Assembly: GCA_963793425.1 (NCBI GenBank)
Contig: CAWCAG010000005.1
Location: 1 to 64,000 of the forward strand
Direction: 5' to 3'
Length of the DNA: 64,000 bases
Source of the DNA: an uncultured cyanobacterium
GTDB lineage: Bacteria; Cyanobacteriota; Cyanobacteriia; Cyanobacteriales; CAWCAG01
Part shown: in pieces, positions 62,858-64,000 of the stretch
How positions within the stretch are numbered: the first letter of the stretch is position 1
Layout: every line of letters begins with the position of its first letter
Translations under genes and position numbers: made by a program
Notes under the pieces: generated by a model
What the model was told of the DNA's origin: nothing
The model's input: the letters and a program-made list of their open reading frames with translations, nothing else
Database searches by the model: none

Positions 62858-64000
62858 CTAGTTCTGAGAAATTTTCTTTACAGCCTGAGTTGCGATCGCC
62901 CAATCTTCTTGAGTATGAATTACCAAAACTTGTACTTGAGAACCTTCTGTTGCAATATCTTCATCTAGAGGATTAGCCTTATTTTTTGCTGCATCTAACT
63001 GCAAACCTAGATAAGTTAAACCATTGCAAGTTTTTTCGCGAACAAGGGAAGAATTTTCTCCTACTCCAGCGGTAAACACCAAAACATCTAAACCGTTGAG
63101 ACTGGCAACCATTGCCCCAATAGCAGTTTTCAAGCGATGAATATAGATATCAAAAGCTAGCTTTGCTTGTTTATTTCCAGTGGCGATCGCCTCTAAAACA
63201 CTTCTTAAATCAGCACTAATACCAGAGACTCCTTTTAAACCTGATTCTTGGTTAAACATTTGGTTTAATTGATCTGCATCTAAGCCATATTTGGTAGTCA
63301 TGTAAATAGGAATTTGTGGATCAATTGAACCGCAACGAGTCCCCATCATTAGTCCTTCTAAGGGAGAAAAACCCATGGTTGTATCAAGGCAAATGCCATT
63401 TGTAATGGCAGCTAAAGAACAGCCATTGCCTAAGTGACAAGTGATTATTTTCAGAGAGGCAAAGGGCTTTTGTAAAATTTTGGCGCTACGTTTAGCGCAG
63501 TATTGATGGCTAATACCATGAAATCCATAGCGGCGAATCCCTTTTTCATACCATTCATAGGGCAGAGGATAAACTTTCGCGGCTAGGGGAAGGGTTGTAT
63601 GGAAAGCAGTATCGAAAACAGCTATTTGAGTTACTTGAGGTAAAATTTCTTCTATAGTATTAATTCCTTCTAAATGAGCAGGATTATGATTAGGGGCGAG
63701 GGGAATAAAATCTATGATCGCTTGTTTAACTTCGGGTGTAATAATGGTTGCTTGATGATATTTTGCTCCACCATGAACTACTCGATGAGCAACAATATTA
63801 ATGTCATTTAAACTATCTAGAATTTTAGTTTCATTGGTTACTAAAGTATCAAGCAAAACTTTTAAGGCAGTATCACGTTTTTCAATCTCAATTCGCTGTT
63901 TAATATTATTACTTTTAACAACAAGAACTCCCTTGTCTTTATTAACAGTCCAATCTAAATGAGCTTCCCATAGAGGCTTATGAGGGATTTCTGGGAAAGA
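62858..64000 (-). CDS. ackA: Acetate kinase (5' end lies beyond the window)
   Basis: HRVVHGG, LAPNHNP, VFDTAFH, RRYGFHG, CHLGNG, DTTMG, FTAGVGEN; the frame stays open to position 64000. Confidence 0.93.
   Translation of the reverse strand, partial: SFPEIPHKPLWEAHLDWTVNKDKGVLVVKSNNIKQRIEIEKRDTALKVLLDTLVTNETKILDSLNDINIVAHRVVHGGAKYHQATIITPEVKQAIIDFIPLAPNHNPAHLEGINTIEEILPQVTQIAVFDTAFHTTLPLAAKVYPLPYEWYEKGIRRYGFHGISHQYCAKRSAKILQKPFASLKIITCHLGNGCSLAAITNGICLDTTMGFSPLEGLMMGTRCGSIDPQIPIYMTTKYGLDADQLNQMFNQESGLKGVSGISADLRSVLEAIATGNKQAKLAFDIYIHRLKTAIGAMVASLNGLDVLVFTAGVGENSSLVREKTCNGLTYLGLQLDAAKNKANPLDEDIATEGSQVQVLVIHTQEDWAIATQAVKKISQN

Overview
A gene-dense, AT-rich cyanobacterial chromosomal segment, identified by apcD, psb29, a CpcT/CpeT lyase, roughly 35-40 HIP1 octamers (GCGATCGC) and STRR-type heptamer repeats. 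It carries housekeeping genes (rlmD, cobN, modBC, cysK, gcvH, map, folB, larC, hemF, trxA, fabG, ackA), a Ser/Thr+His hybrid kinase - response regulator - adenylate cyclase operon, a SNF2/SWIM pair, three PEP-CTERM surface proteins and two CHAT (caspase-like) proteins. The most striking observation is a two-gene cassette at 21447-23933 (- strand). A catalytically intact caspase-family protease ends in GKNVVGSIKGDNIQVGDR, and the next gene (EAD10-like N-terminus, unknown domain, GUN4) carries GKNVVGKIEGQDIQIGDR near its N-terminus. The motifs share 13/18 residues and RHIM-type cores (IQVG/IQIG), suggesting an amyloid-coupled caspase signalling module without an NLR partner. Other points: a candidate sRNA beside a perfect CRP box downstream of apcD, a MITE nested in a REP-like palindrome, a palindromic repeat inserted in frame in a CHAT domain, and three +1 frameshifts (pseudogenes or sequencing errors). 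No rRNA, tRNA, CRISPR array or transposase was recognised. All family assignments come from motif recognition, not database searches.
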